Shown: positions 50,001 through 59,139 of the stretch, piece after piece
Position numbering within the stretch: the stretch's first letter is position 1
Layout: every line of letters starts with the position of its first letter
IMG/VR virus record: IMGVR_UViG_3300030330_001568
Length of the DNA stretch: 64,000 nt
Origin: an uncultured virus (IMG/VR IMGVR_UViG_3300030330_001568)
Lineage: Duplodnaviria; Heunggongvirae; Uroviricota; Caudoviricetes; Crassvirales
Direction: 5' to 3' (one strand)
Program-made: the position numbers and the translations under genes
Notes under the pieces: generated by a model
The model's database searches: none
Told to the model about the DNA's origin: nothing
What the model saw: the letters and a program-made list of their open reading frames with translations, nothing else

Positions 50001-51714
50001 TACTACCACCACTACCATTACCAGATCTCCATGCCCAATGTCCATTAGTATCAGATGTGTTACTATCCCACTGATCAAATCTAGTAGTCATAGTACCACT
50101 GGTTTCATCTTGTCTATGTACTAGGTGCGCGTTTCTATCATCCACATACGCTCCCCAGTATTGACTATTACTTCTACCTACTTTAAGTTGAGGTTGTGTT
50201 GTTTGTCCAGCTGCATTTACATAAACTTCTAATCCTGGTAATTCATCTCTATGGTATATATTTACAGTAGAGACATTTTCATCCCACATAAAATATTCCC
50301 CTGAAAGATCACCAAAAAACTTTACGTCTTTACCTGCAGCATCTGAACCTACTGTGACATTACCTGCAAAAGTTGCGTTTCCTGTTTCTCTGTCTAAAAC
50401 AAGTGCATTAGCACCTAGACCATAAGCGTAAAAATGTAAATCACGAGCTGAACCAGAGTTTATTATTTGCCAGTCATTAGTAGGAGTGCTAGAACCTGAT
50501 TTTGAACTCATAACTATACCACCATCATTAGCAGTATTTTTACCTATAAGCAAATATTCATTGCTAGTTTGATAACTTTGATTAACCTTTAATGTGTTAG
50601 CAACATCCACATCTCCTGTGAAAGTTGCTTTAGTCTGATTATTTAAGTGATCGAAAGATACCGCGGTTGTTAATACTTTACTAGTATTAGCAACTTGTAA
50701 ATATAAAATAGCATCAGTGCCATTAGTACCAGCTTGTACTCTAGCCGCATGAGTATCTGTTCCACTATACTCTGTATGAAAAGTTAAAGCACCACTATAA
50801 AGATTATTATCATTTTTTATATGTATACCACCATCATTGTTGTTAGCAGCATTATTTACTGTTAATTCATTTCCACTCGACAAACTTACGTCACCTCCAA
50901 AAGTTGCATTACCGTCTTGTGTAAAAGTTAAAGCATCAACAGGGCTTCCTAAATTTTCTGATCTAAAAATTAATTTATTAAGATTACCACTACCACTGCC
51001 TTGATAAAAAAACCTCCAACCATATCCTGAATTGTTACCTGCATTACCTAAATATATAGCCGCATCACTACCGTCTAACCCGCTGCCTCCAATATATAAA
51101 TAGTCTGTAGATTGACCTTCATAGCTACCAGAATGATTAAGTAGTTTTAAATGTGAACCGTTAATTGTAACATCACCTTCAAAAGTTGAATTTGCACCAT
51201 CTTGTGTAAGGTTAAGTGAACCTTTTGAATAAAATACAGTAACACCAGTTCCTGTTCTAGCGTTAAACTCAATAGATTTATTATCTAATTGTCTAAGTGA
51301 AAAATAATCACTACCAGCAGCGTCACCATTAACAGCATCTATATATAAACCTGCAGCACCAGTTCCTGTAGCATATGCTCTAAGATAAGCATTACCAGTT
51401 CCAGTATTTCTTACAGTTATATCACCACCACCTTCAGCGAGTATATCACCTCTTACATCTAATCCAGATGAGTGAAATTTACCGTATTGTTGTAGAGTTG
51501 AGCTGTCATAACCCATCAATTTAACACTTGTGTTTCCAGTAATGTGACCTGCACCTGTATTATCAGCTATAAGAAAGGCTTCTGTACTACCAGAAGACAC
51601 ACCAACTCTTGCTTTTGCTGAGTCAGTTTGGTCTACTGTTAAATCAATAAAATTAGCAGATGATAAAGTTACACTATTTGCAAAAGTTGCACCTGTAAAG
51701 AACTTTCTACTCAT
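44074..51714 (-). CDS. Long tail fibre (2546 aa) with C-terminal peptidase-S74 intramolecular chaperone
   Basis: G/S/T/N-rich beta repeats; YSDARVKTDVETIPNALDKVNKLRGVTF...GVIAQEV...LIEAVKEL. Confidence 0.85.
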   Translation of the reverse strand: MSRKFFTGATFANSVTLSSANFIDLTVDQTDSAKARVGVSSGSTEAFLIADNTGAGHITGNTSVKLMGYDSSTLQQYGKFHSSGLDVRGDILAEGGGDITVRNTGTGNAYLRAYATGTGAAGLYIDAVNGDAAGSDYFSLRQLDNKSIEFNARTGTGVTVFYSKGSLNLTQDGANSTFEGDVTINGSHLKLLNHSGSYEGQSTDYLYIGGSGLDGSDAAIYLGNAGNNSGYGWRFFYQGSGSGNLNKLIFRSENLGSPVDALTFTQDGNATFGGDVSLSSGNELTVNNAANNNDGGIHIKNDNNLYSGALTFHTEYSGTDTHAARVQAGTNGTDAILYLQVANTSKVLTTAVSFDHLNNQTKATFTGDVDVANTLKVNQSYQTSNEYLLIGKNTANDGGIVMSSKSGSSTPTNDWQIINSGSARDLHFYAYGLGANALVLDRETGNATFAGNVTVGSDAAGKDVKFFGDLSGEYFMWDENVSTVNIYHRDELPGLEVYVNAAGQTTQPQLKVGRSNSQYWGAYVDDRNAHLVHRQDETSGTMTTRFDQWDSNTSDTNGHWAWRSGNGSGGSMSTALELTQAGNATFTGDITSGNIRINKATNPNLQLYRSDATTQLWELSIDSSGRLLFQEAASSGGTQYTRFQIDDTGEATFTGSLYIPDSIYHAGDTNSYFGFDDGNDTFRVVLGGGERLQINTTRSRFNGHIYVAADSTYDIGENATRFRDLYVDEIDGGNSKLLTSDASNYFRINTSGGSAQLGLFRTTSGTIGGGYIGIDVNKFRIYNDSFSEKFSVNISSGDVNTKGHIILPNSKYLEYSGTGRLINTEVSSWSNASEHNILYAGWTNSTGDYLSFKVPGNGTNNHGNLIIGDNGLWFGRMNATTSAVATDSNTNPHSGSGSNYFRVNTAGQLQVSGSVISPIYYDTAGTTNYLDLGNSSISLKVPGSLDVDGTGSNNFVGNIVISNAGPILQANSTNNASGFRINVTGLDDNNDDLLRIQDSGTTRVELHRDGTFQGLTTTSLATPTITSVSANQSLFLYANGSGHIYLGDSGNGANLYHYSAANDGKYTTYDFNGSYYRISTTATAGVWVADDLRVSTDLNIGGTFHPLSLKSKKYTSSNTSSSVTAGTSLDDEYMLLEFGENTSPLYLNIKTAAHNSASFVITRGYHGSNTASIHCTGSTYTANGGYPNLRGIRVIKSGTAYKVIIRLFRSGSHTSFELHARAWGGHETGDISFETTLTDTFTETVALGEIADLSQSSSLSAAYSRDTLWADSAKARFGNASDLQIYHDGSNSYIQTTTTSAGDLYIKSQGSGHDLYLQATDDIFIRPQNGENGIVVVGDGEVKLYHNNNKKLETTSSGADVTGTLNLDNLTINGAQGSDGQVLTSTGSGIAWEDASGGSSGISQSDADNRYVQLTGSTMTGDLVMQDEMINFAAGNPELPNFRGKRSNTRLNDRDWDTEGAWSYTTFENSTTDRPRDGLHNGNGLLTFNTHSGDGTNNYMHQMAFCTSPGTLHHRNRSGGSWGSWYEIAQTNRPLTGYLQATAYHDASDTSYYLDPASTGTSLNVAGNVALGGGTLQTYHSNITSVLALDDQTSLFTRADQLFLANNCFYNSSDAGTAIEAGKTSLVQLDRDKIRFYFTASASAGATVSFQEKFRLNDSGNATIAGTLTVGSNTVIDTARRGYFASLQHSGVISFLDGSQGTTGSGAQGINVRHLFASGSYNTTPGQGDVWATSDMRAPIFYDYNDTAYYVDAASRSNLAVLDLNEGQVWDATTQGTSKGSLHIDPNTGTDNAGGAITFGASDASGGTNAQAGIYIRSDGSYGTRMHFSTTDSYATGSKTAMNIQQNGQVNITRSNLIVNSDVRTPIFYDSNNTSYFLDPNGTSSLYGLSVNQTISGTVTDSLRLVREDNRTISPSELAAGRLKFGFTSFANNNSAPYADFLHLRSYTDSSGGNDTLIMVKKANPSGVRVWNQSWGSSTAYSNYIDLIDSGSNNQTKTGHLQSDVSFRAPKFFDSSDTAYFVSPASTSILDIVQANYFRASTTSTSDPVLRLTDAGVADYDVVFPDTNTYRLETTTSSTKTFRLHNAGSGNFKMQADEFVKTGGTSSQYLMADGSVSTSANDSTKLPLAGGTMTGTLNAKTLQTRNTFPEAHNSYDLGTSGVRYRNVYAVNLYGDGSNITGISASGAGKLTDGGNASTHPGTSCLLYTGQTSAGADVLGMPTVNNANGIITLNKHAGEYNSQLGFSSNGKIYYRNFNNTAINNTTAWTQIAFISDANNKLPLAGGTMTGTIDSHRNDSQTVLLSGNSSASNADQFRINHSFANVEIRNLRGNLNLFPTSTCNLGYGTAIKLATTSGGVSVTGSVSASSTIGNLAVGTNGQQMEYGDTGKTTLRFDADRWRLFAGAGSGEVFTVQQNGRVGINDSTPDYTLDVNGNVSNISIYASHDVAAYSDARVKTDVETIPNALDKVNKLRGVTFKRTDEGSSDKRMMGVIAQEVKDIIPEVVNKRESDGHYSVSYGNMVGVLIEAVKELTAEVNDLKEQLKNK

Positions 51715-51736
51715 ACTTATTTATTTTAATATTTTC

Positions 51737-54193
51737 TTATCCTATCTTATTGATAAGTACTCTAATATTATTTGTTGCAGGAGCAGACCCGCTGGCGAAT
51801 ACAACTTGTACTCTACCTCCGGTTTTTCTAGAGACATCTGCGTGTACTGTTTCTCCTGTTGAAACTTCTATTAATTGTACCATAAACTGGCTAGAGTCTG
51901 TGCCTAATCCATGATTTATATGAGGTGAACTAGCACCACTATTATCAATATTAAATGATACAGCAGATCCATTACCTATAGTTCCAGAGAACATTCTATC
52001 TGTAGGTACTTCTATTGTTTTAGAAGTTAATCCTGTAACGTGACCATATGTATCTAATGTAACATCTTGTATAACTGCATTACCTGAATTGTTTACTGAT
52101 GCTTGTGATGATGTATCTTGGTGTGATATTTTAATATCTTCTCCATTTTCAAAAACTATATCAATAGCACCGCCTTCTACAAAGTCAACAGATTCTGTAC
52201 TACTTATATTATCTACAGAAGTATTATTAACTTTTAGGTTCCAGTAGTCATAGTTATCAAGACCTGTAACACTAATTTGATGTGTAGTACCCTCGCCCGC
52301 GCCTGCGTTCGTAATAGATATATTAGTACCTGCACTAATAGAAGCTACATAGTTACCAGAAGTATGAGTACCTAATACTACATCATGTTGTTCTGTATGT
52401 AGTTTGTATTCTGTTCCTCCGGCTAGTCTTTGCGACCATCTACCGACATTTTCATCCCAATATAAAATAGCATTAGTTGATGTTCCTCTTTCTATTTCAA
52501 TACCACCATCTTGACTAGGAGTACCAGTTTCATTACTATTAAGAGTAATTATATTATCTTCAATTAATACAACTTCAGAATTTTTAGTTGTCTGGTTTCC
52601 TGATACAATCAGATCACCTTGAATAGTTACAGCTCCACTAAAGTGTCCAGTACCATTAACATCTAAGTTATGTGTAGGTACAGACATGGCAGTTGCTGGA
52701 TTAATTAATATAGCACCACTCATTGAGTTGTTAGCACCAATAGACATTATATTTACAGCGGTATCAAATGCACCACTACCATTACCTTTATTTGTAGCAA
52801 TTGATACTACTGATTCTTGGTCACTTGCATCTGTTATTCTAGCATAAATACCAGCATAACTTATATCAGCTGTATTTGCTCCACCACCACCAATAACATT
52901 TCTACCTCTAAATTCAACAACACCTAATGTATCATTATCTGCAGGAGTCCCTGCGTTTCTATAAAGAACTAAATCAGGAGCAGAAGCAGCAGAAGTCTCT
53001 CTACCTTCTAACATTATATTTTCTGCAGTAGAATTAGATATAGATTTAATAATTGGTGCGTCTGTGCTAGAAGCTGTACCAACAGTAAGTTTACCATTTA
53101 TAGTAGCATCATCAGAAACAATTAGATCATCATTAGCAATAAGATCTCCGGTAGCTGTAAAGTTACCATTTATGAAATCAAATGTAAATCTTGTATGTAT
53201 TCCACCACTTCCATCGTAATCTCTTAAAAACCAATTTTGAGTAGCATCACCTTGAAAATCTAAAAAGAAGTCACTATTATTAGAATGGAATCTAGCTCCT
53301 TTATCATTTGAATTTGAAGAAATTTCATTTCCTAAATATAAATTTGCTGTTCCTCCTGAACCTAAAACTTGTTTTCCTGTTACACTAAGATTTCTACTAA
53401 CACTTAAATCTTGACCAATAGTTACATCATTTGGTAAACCTACTCTAAGAGTTACATCTGTACCAGATTTGGAAGCTTCAGTTTCAATTTCGTTAGTTGT
53501 ACCAAGAATTCTTAGATCGTCTGTAGCTAATGCAACGTCTTCTGTTGTGCTGTCAGCATCTACAGTTAATGTTGTAGATATTGCTACACTACCAGCTGCT
53601 GTAATCAATCCTTTCGCATTTACTGTAAAAGTTGGTATTGCAGTAGCAGATCCAAAAGGTCCTGTATTAGAGTTAACTGTAGCTAGAGTAAGAGCTCCAC
53701 TATCTGCTAGTGTAGCATCTCCGGACATTTGATTATCAATCCATTTAGATGTATCACTATCATATAGAAGCATAGCACCATCTCCAGGAGACGTTATGTT
53801 AGTATCTGTAAGTTCAGCTAATGTATCGTGAGTATCTACCTGTGCGTCTACGTAAGCTTTAATTTGTGCTTGTGTAGCTAACTTAGATCCGTTTTCAGAT
53901 ACGGCTCCAGTTAAAATAGCAAAGCTTGGTACTGGACCATTTGGATTTGTTATAGTAAGTTGTCCTGTGGTTGTATTTGCTACACCTTTGACATCTCCTG
54001 AGATGGATACAAAACCAGTACCATCATATATTTTTAGTTCGTAGTCGCCTTCACTTCCTATTCCAGCTGAAGTATCATAATAGACTCTACCTATTTGTAA
54101 GTTATTACTAGGAGCAGATGGTAAAGGTTCTAAAGCAGCCTGTTCTAGCCTATTTCCTCCTAGATTTATATGGTTTAAATATTTTATGCTCAT
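51737..54193 (-). CDS. Tail fibre protein (818 aa)
   Basis: TVNAKGLITA, IEDNIITLN..GIEIERG, TLDTYGHVT fibre motifs; C-terminal HGLG domain. Confidence 0.75.
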   Translation of the reverse strand: MSIKYLNHINLGGNRLEQAALEPLPSAPSNNLQIGRVYYDTSAGIGSEGDYELKIYDGTGFVSISGDVKGVANTTTGQLTITNPNGPVPSFAILTGAVSENGSKLATQAQIKAYVDAQVDTHDTLAELTDTNITSPGDGAMLLYDSDTSKWIDNQMSGDATLADSGALTLATVNSNTGPFGSATAIPTFTVNAKGLITAAGSVAISTTLTVDADSTTEDVALATDDLRILGTTNEIETEASKSGTDVTLRVGLPNDVTIGQDLSVSRNLSVTGKQVLGSGGTANLYLGNEISSNSNDKGARFHSNNSDFFLDFQGDATQNWFLRDYDGSGGIHTRFTFDFINGNFTATGDLIANDDLIVSDDATINGKLTVGTASSTDAPIIKSISNSTAENIMLEGRETSAASAPDLVLYRNAGTPADNDTLGVVEFRGRNVIGGGGANTADISYAGIYARITDASDQESVVSIATNKGNGSGAFDTAVNIMSIGANNSMSGAILINPATAMSVPTHNLDVNGTGHFSGAVTIQGDLIVSGNQTTKNSEVVLIEDNIITLNSNETGTPSQDGGIEIERGTSTNAILYWDENVGRWSQRLAGGTEYKLHTEQHDVVLGTHTSGNYVASISAGTNISITNAGAGEGTTHQISVTGLDNYDYWNLKVNNTSVDNISSTESVDFVEGGAIDIVFENGEDIKISHQDTSSQASVNNSGNAVIQDVTLDTYGHVTGLTSKTIEVPTDRMFSGTIGNGSAVSFNIDNSGASSPHINHGLGTDSSQFMVQLIEVSTGETVHADVSRKTGGRVQVVFASGSAPATNNIRVLINKIG

Positions 54194-54207
54194 AGTATTT
54201 TATTTTA

Positions 54208-54564
54208 TTAATTTAAAAAAGCTTTACCTGCAAATGCTGCGGTAAATAAAATTTGTAACTTGGTAGTGCTAGTATTACCGGTATCCCAGTCTTTATATAT
54301 CACTTTACCAACTACTTCAGTTTCCGATGTATCTACTACGCTAACTGATGGGTACTTTCCTAAATTATGCGTGACTTGCCATATTGCGCCCGCTGTACTT
54401 TGTGTATGTACAAAATTAAGATCGCCTGCTCCTGCAGGTCCTTGCGTACCTACAGCTACTATTTTAACAATATTACCAGAAGTTGTAACTTTATTGTTTG
54501 TACTATCTGATAGTCTTACAATGTTACCCGCTGGGGTTGTTATTTGTACCTTATTTTGTGACAT
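54208..54564 (-). CDS. Small fibre-associated structural protein
   Basis: GTQGPAG; FVHTQSTA..W.VTHNLGKYPSVSVVD. Confidence 0.6.
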   Translation of the reverse strand: MSQNKVQITTPAGNIVRLSDSTNNKVTTSGNIVKIVAVGTQGPAGAGDLNFVHTQSTAGAIWQVTHNLGKYPSVSVVDTSETEVVGKVIYKDWDTGNTSTTKLQILFTAAFAGKAFLN

Positions 54565-54908
54565 TATCCAACTCCTTTTATAATTTGAATCTGTCCTGTT
54601 AACAACCTTGTAACAGTTCCAGATATGTTTATATCTAAATCATAATCTGCTCTGTTGAACTTTAATAACTTTGTTTGATTTGCAGTAAGGTTTATGGTGA
54701 ACTCTCCACCGGAAGGATTACTAAGAGTTATACCATTTCCATTAGACAAATTTAAAACAAAATTCTGATCACTCCTATTATCTTTAGCTTTTAAACTAAT
54801 ATTAGCACCAGATAAATTTATCGGAGTACCAGAAGCGTCTTCGTATTTAATTGTATTTCCAAAGGTTGCTCCTTGTTCTATTTTAAAATTATGTGACCCT
54901 GCTCCCAT
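54564..54908 (-). CDS. Putative tail hub / fibre-attachment beta-sandwich protein
   Basis: IEQGATF...PINLSG...YDLDI..G.VTRLLTG. Confidence 0.55.
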   Translation of the reverse strand: MGAGSHNFKIEQGATFGNTIKYEDASGTPINLSGANISLKAKDNRSDQNFVLNLSNGNGITLSNPSGGEFTINLTANQTKLLKFNRADYDLDINISGTVTRLLTGQIQIIKGVG

Positions 54909-56119
54909 TATAAAGAATAATCAAATACGTTAGGTTTACCTGTTCCATTGTTTTCTATTAAGGTATATCCAGCTGAGCTAGTCCACCCGTTTGATTCGCT
55001 GTAGAAATTGCCGGTAAACAATGGAGCAACATCTATAGCCCTATAATTTGCTTGATCTACATAAGTCTCATTTAGCGTATGATAAACTTTTTTTGTTTTT
55101 CTACTGTGCCAATGACCTCCTAGTAAAACATTATATAAACCTTGTTTGCCATATTCCCATATGACCTTACCAAAGTCTCTTTTTGATAAGCCGTGGTGAT
55201 TATGAGTCATGATATAATATATATTATCAATCTTACTCCCTATTACTAAAGGACTAAACTCAATTTTAACACCTGTTATTGCATTTCTTAACATGTAAGA
55301 TAATAACCCAGCTATATCTCCTTCGTTGTCATGTTTAGCATCCGAGGTTGATCTATCATGATTTCCTGAAACCATGTAAACCGATGTAAGATTGTTTATA
55401 TTAGATAGAAACTCTCTTAGTATCTCAAATGCTAAAATCACAACGTGATGTCCGTACATTCCTTTACCCATAGACTTCCAAGAGTTTATGTGGTTTAGTC
55501 CTGTAAATGACTCTATAAAATCACCCAGAAATATTACTTCTAGACTTTCATAGTTTCTACTATTAACCTGATCAGCAATTGATCTTAAATATTTAATTAC
55601 TGTTTTATAATTAAAATCAGGCGTACGTTGTAAATTTCTAATATCAGCACCAATATGTAAATCTGCCAGACATAAGACTCCAGTCTTTTTTCCAGGAGTC
55701 TTTTTTACATTAACAATAGATATCGCCTTATCAAGTTCCTGCTTGATAGTTTGATAGTCTATTTCTTCTTCTCTCGGTTTTAAGGAGAGCTTGACTTGAT
55801 AGTTAGTTTTTTTACCCGTCTTAGTTGAAACATCCCAAGCATTACAAGAATAGCCTGTGACTTCATACTCATTGACATCAATATCAAAGAACGTTATCGC
55901 TTCTTCAAGCGATGTAATAGGTTTTTCACCTTTATAATTGTACACTGTAGGTACACCGTATGAATCTCTTTTTAACTGTTTTGTTACTTCTGCAACTTTT
56001 CTTCTTATCGTTCGATGCGAAAATGCATCGCTCTTCTTTAGTATTCTGTCCGCTGTTTTACTATAAGATTCATTTGGGAACCGCATTAAGGTTTCCCTTA
56101 TTAAATCTTCTAAGCCCAC
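54908..56119 (-). CDS. Calcineurin-like metallophosphoesterase
   Basis: ADLHIG, LGDFIE, VSGNHDR, THNH, GGHWH; GTG start. Confidence 0.8.
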   Translation of the reverse strand: MGLEDLIRETLMRFPNESYSKTADRILKKSDAFSHRTIRRKVAEVTKQLKRDSYGVPTVYNYKGEKPITSLEEAITFFDIDVNEYEVTGYSCNAWDVSTKTGKKTNYQVKLSLKPREEEIDYQTIKQELDKAISIVNVKKTPGKKTGVLCLADLHIGADIRNLQRTPDFNYKTVIKYLRSIADQVNSRNYESLEVIFLGDFIESFTGLNHINSWKSMGKGMYGHHVVILAFEILREFLSNINNLTSVYMVSGNHDRSTSDAKHDNEGDIAGLLSYMLRNAITGVKIEFSPLVIGSKIDNIYYIMTHNHHGLSKRDFGKVIWEYGKQGLYNVLLGGHWHSRKTKKVYHTLNETYVDQANYRAIDVAPLFTGNFYSESNGWTSSAGYTLIENNGTGKPNVFDYSL

Positions 56120-56166
56120 TTTATGGTTAGTTTAGTTCATATAAATTTACATCTTTTAATTTAATT

Positions 56167-56198
56167 AAAAAAAGGCGGTGACTAAGACCGCCTCTTTT
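56167..56198 (-). terminator. Intrinsic terminator
   Basis: Minus strand GGCGGT-CTTAGTC-ACCGCC-TTTTTTT after the 282-aa gene. Confidence 0.85.
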
Positions 56199-56228
56199 CA
56201 ACAAACTAAAACAAAATAAAATGTTTGA

Positions 56229-57077
56229 TTAAGCCTTAAGCTTATCTACTTCTGTTTGGATAGCGGCAGGCGTGATAGTTGAATTACCATCTTTCACCCA
56301 GACATAAATACAAAAGTCTTCGTATGCTTTTGCATTACCTACAGCTTTAGAAGCATATTCTTTTGTTCCTTCAATAACTAATAAATCATAGTTACCAGAA
56401 ACAACAGAAGCAGGCTTCTTAAGTGTAGCAGCTGATCCAGCTAATCCATATACACCATCAGCAACAAATCCTTCTTCTTCAGAAACTTTTACTTTAGCTT
56501 CAGTACCAAATGATGGAACTGCTGCAGTTGTGTAAGTAATAGTACCTGCGTCATTCATTGCTAATCTAAAATGAGAATCTACTGGAGCAGTAATGTTAAT
56601 TCCTGCGTCAGATCCTACATCCGCTGCACTGAATCCAAAGAATGGAGAGTGAGGCTTAGCAAATTCGACATCCATTAGAGCTTTGATAGCGTCTGCAGCT
56701 GCTTCAGCACTTGCTGCACCTACTGCTTCAAAAGTCATAACTGGAAGGTTCATTGTACCTTTAGTTGTATTAATAATTTTTACGTAAGCAGAGTTGTCAC
56801 TCTCTAACGCAACTAGTGCTTTAGACACTTGTGCAGTACCAGCAGAATATGCTATTACTGTTGTCTTTTTTACGTCCCCTTCACTAATAGGACCTACAAG
56901 TTTTGAACCGAAAAATAATGATACATCTTCTTCACCGCCTGATAGATCAATTGCTCCACTATCTAAAGCAGAGAAAGATGATCCGTTTTCTACAAAGCCG
57001 AACTTAGCAGCTTCAAATGCAGATGATGCAGCAGTATCGCTGTTTACGATCAACACTTCTTTTTTAAGATTTGCCAT
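56229..57077 (-). CDS. Probable auxiliary capsid / abundant structural protein
   Basis: Ala/Ser-rich; third gene after the MCP and followed by a terminator, matching crAss-like synteny. Confidence 0.5.
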   Translation of the reverse strand: MANLKKEVLIVNSDTAASSAFEAAKFGFVENGSSFSALDSGAIDLSGGEEDVSLFFGSKLVGPISEGDVKKTTVIAYSAGTAQVSKALVALESDNSAYVKIINTTKGTMNLPVMTFEAVGAASAEAAADAIKALMDVEFAKPHSPFFGFSAADVGSDAGINITAPVDSHFRLAMNDAGTITYTTAAVPSFGTEAKVKVSEEEGFVADGVYGLAGSAATLKKPASVVSGNYDLLVIEGTKEYASKAVGNAKAYEDFCIYVWVKDGNSTITPAAIQTEVDKLKA

Positions 57078-57106
57078 AATATTAAATTTAGAAATTAAAA
57101 AATTAA

Positions 57107-58267
57107 TTATTCAGTTTGTGAACTCTCTACTGTGTTCGTTTGGTATCTCTGTGACTCTGTGGCTTCTAGTAAGTGTTTGACCGTAAGGTCTACTATTTCT
57201 TGATGAGTATGATCTGCTAGTTCACAATCTACATTCGAAGATAGAGAGATTTCTACAGGAATCCTAATGTAATCTGCTCTCAAGCTTTTTAATAGATAAC
57301 TTTTGTTGTTTTTTGTATTTCTAAAGACCTTAATTGATGTGCCATTTATAATACCAAATGCACTTTGGTCTGTAGCTGTAGCAAAAGGGTTACCTAAAAT
57401 ATTGTAAGCATCATCAGGTTCTACTATTCTAAGTGGAATCTCTTTTATCCTCTTTACAGATACTTTATCTATTACTCCAGTAAAATCTTGACTAGGAGTA
57501 AAAGTTATTGCTGCTTGATCACTTAATGCTTGTAACTCTAATTGTTTTTCAATGGTATTATTACCAGAACTATCTTCAGATGTACTTTGATAGATAGTAG
57601 CATTTCCAGCTGCAACCGCAGAAGCATCATACTGGAATGTAAGTGATGTATTCATGCCTCCTGTTACAGGATCTCCAATAGAAACTGTAAAACTACCAGC
57701 ATAACCAGCAGGAACACCAGGTCTTTGTAAAAGAAAAGTTACAAGATAAGTTTCACCTCTTCTTACTTCTTCTAATACTTGGGTAGCTGCTTCTTGGTAA
57801 CTAGCGTCTGATCCAGATGCATGTGATAGAAGTCCGTTACTTATTGTCCATCTATCATCTGTTCCATCTCCTAATATCCAATTAGAATTAGTATCAAAAT
57901 TGCCATTAGATACAAGTTCAGGATCTACTTTACAGTCATCATAAAGTATATTTACTCTGCTATTAATTAGAAACATATAATCAGTAGGTAGATCAAAGTC
58001 CTCATGATCTGTAGCAGGATTTGGAGTTATTACAGTATCTAAATAATCTAGTTCTGTAAGAATTCTTAAATCATCTACTCTTTTTTGAGATCCATGAAGA
58101 CCCTGTCTTTTAGGATCTGATGCAAAAAAGAATCTTTGTTTTACAAATCTTTCTTGCATTTTATTCAAAGCAAAATCTATCTCCTCCGGCAAAAATGTGT
58201 CGAATGAGTTAGAGGCTACTTTTTGCAGACCCTGTTCTACCGCATGATGCATTTCTAATACTGTCAT
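57107..58267 (-). CDS. Tail ring / head-tail adaptor protein with inserted CBM-like domain
   Basis: FLPEEIDFALNK.Q..FVKQ, QKRVDDLR.L, DYIRIP, CELADHTHQEIVD. Confidence 0.7.
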   Translation of the reverse strand: MTVLEMHHAVEQGLQKVASNSFDTFLPEEIDFALNKMQERFVKQRFFFASDPKRQGLHGSQKRVDDLRILTELDYLDTVITPNPATDHEDFDLPTDYMFLINSRVNILYDDCKVDPELVSNGNFDTNSNWILGDGTDDRWTISNGLLSHASGSDASYQEAATQVLEEVRRGETYLVTFLLQRPGVPAGYAGSFTVSIGDPVTGGMNTSLTFQYDASAVAAGNATIYQSTSEDSSGNNTIEKQLELQALSDQAAITFTPSQDFTGVIDKVSVKRIKEIPLRIVEPDDAYNILGNPFATATDQSAFGIINGTSIKVFRNTKNNKSYLLKSLRADYIRIPVEISLSSNVDCELADHTHQEIVDLTVKHLLEATESQRYQTNTVESSQTE

Positions 58268-59070
58268 TCACTAAATGTTTTTAGACGAGCTTTTAAAGTA
58301 GTATATACTTCAGAGTTCTTTTTATCTTTTAGATATAAAACTGCTGCTTCTAGACTATCTCCAATCACTTCGTCACCATTCAAATAACTATTGCCTACCC
58401 TACGTAATACATCGTTTGTTAAACACTCTTCGATAAACGCCTGGTATTCAATATTCTTATCTTGGGCATACATTAAAAATTCAGATGGGTTTGAGTCTAA
58501 CTCTCCTTCTAAAGTAATCTCTTTTTGTGTTTCATCCATAGATTTAGGATTATATCCATAGACTAACAACATTTGATTAACTTTAGCAGAATCTGCAGAT
58601 AATTTAATAAACTCTTTATATGCATCTTTTCTACTTTTAACTCCTGCAGCTTGTTTAGCTTTTTCAATTGCAGTGTCGTAGATAAAATACTTATACTTTT
58701 TATTAGAATATAACTCTTGTTCATCTTTTGCTACATATGGATGTGCTAAAGCAAACTTATATCTAATAAAGTCTAGTAAATTAACTGGATCTCCGTTAGA
58801 ATCTATACCCACTTCTAATTTAGTACCCGTATTCTCAATTGTTATTGACATATCTTGAAAATACTTTTTAACTTCTCTTTGAAAGTTAACGTCAGAAGGA
58901 TCTATCCCTATGACACCTGGTAGGTATTTTTTTTGTTCTCCGAATGATAACCCTGTATTGGTATCTCCATTCATAGAAAATGTAGAACCTATTTTTCTCT
59001 TTGCTTCACTGTATATTTCATCAGGTAAGTTAGTAGCATTAGGTCTACGTTTAATTATTACTTGTTTCAT
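58264..59070 (-). CDS. Conserved crAss-like protein downstream of the MCP
   Basis: Synteny; C-terminal YLNGDEVIGDSLEAAVLYLKDKKNSE. Confidence 0.55.
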   Translation of the reverse strand: MKQVIIKRRPNATNLPDEIYSEAKRKIGSTFSMNGDTNTGLSFGEQKKYLPGVIGIDPSDVNFQREVKKYFQDMSITIENTGTKLEVGIDSNGDPVNLLDFIRYKFALAHPYVAKDEQELYSNKKYKYFIYDTAIEKAKQAAGVKSRKDAYKEFIKLSADSAKVNQMLLVYGYNPKSMDETQKEITLEGELDSNPSEFLMYAQDKNIEYQAFIEECLTNDVLRRVGNSYLNGDEVIGDSLEAAVLYLKDKKNSEVYTTLKARLKTFSE

Positions 59071-59092
59071 GTTAAAATTATTAAAGGTTAAA

Positions 59093-59132
59093 TTCAGAAA
59101 GAAAAGGGGACGTTGGTCCCCTCTCTTCTGAA
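59093..59132 (-). terminator. Intrinsic terminator after the major capsid gene
   Basis: Minus strand GGGGAC-CAAC-GTCCCC-TTTTCTTT with outer TTCAGAA/TTCTGAA pairing. Confidence 0.8.
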
Positions 59133-59139
59133 AAGAAAT

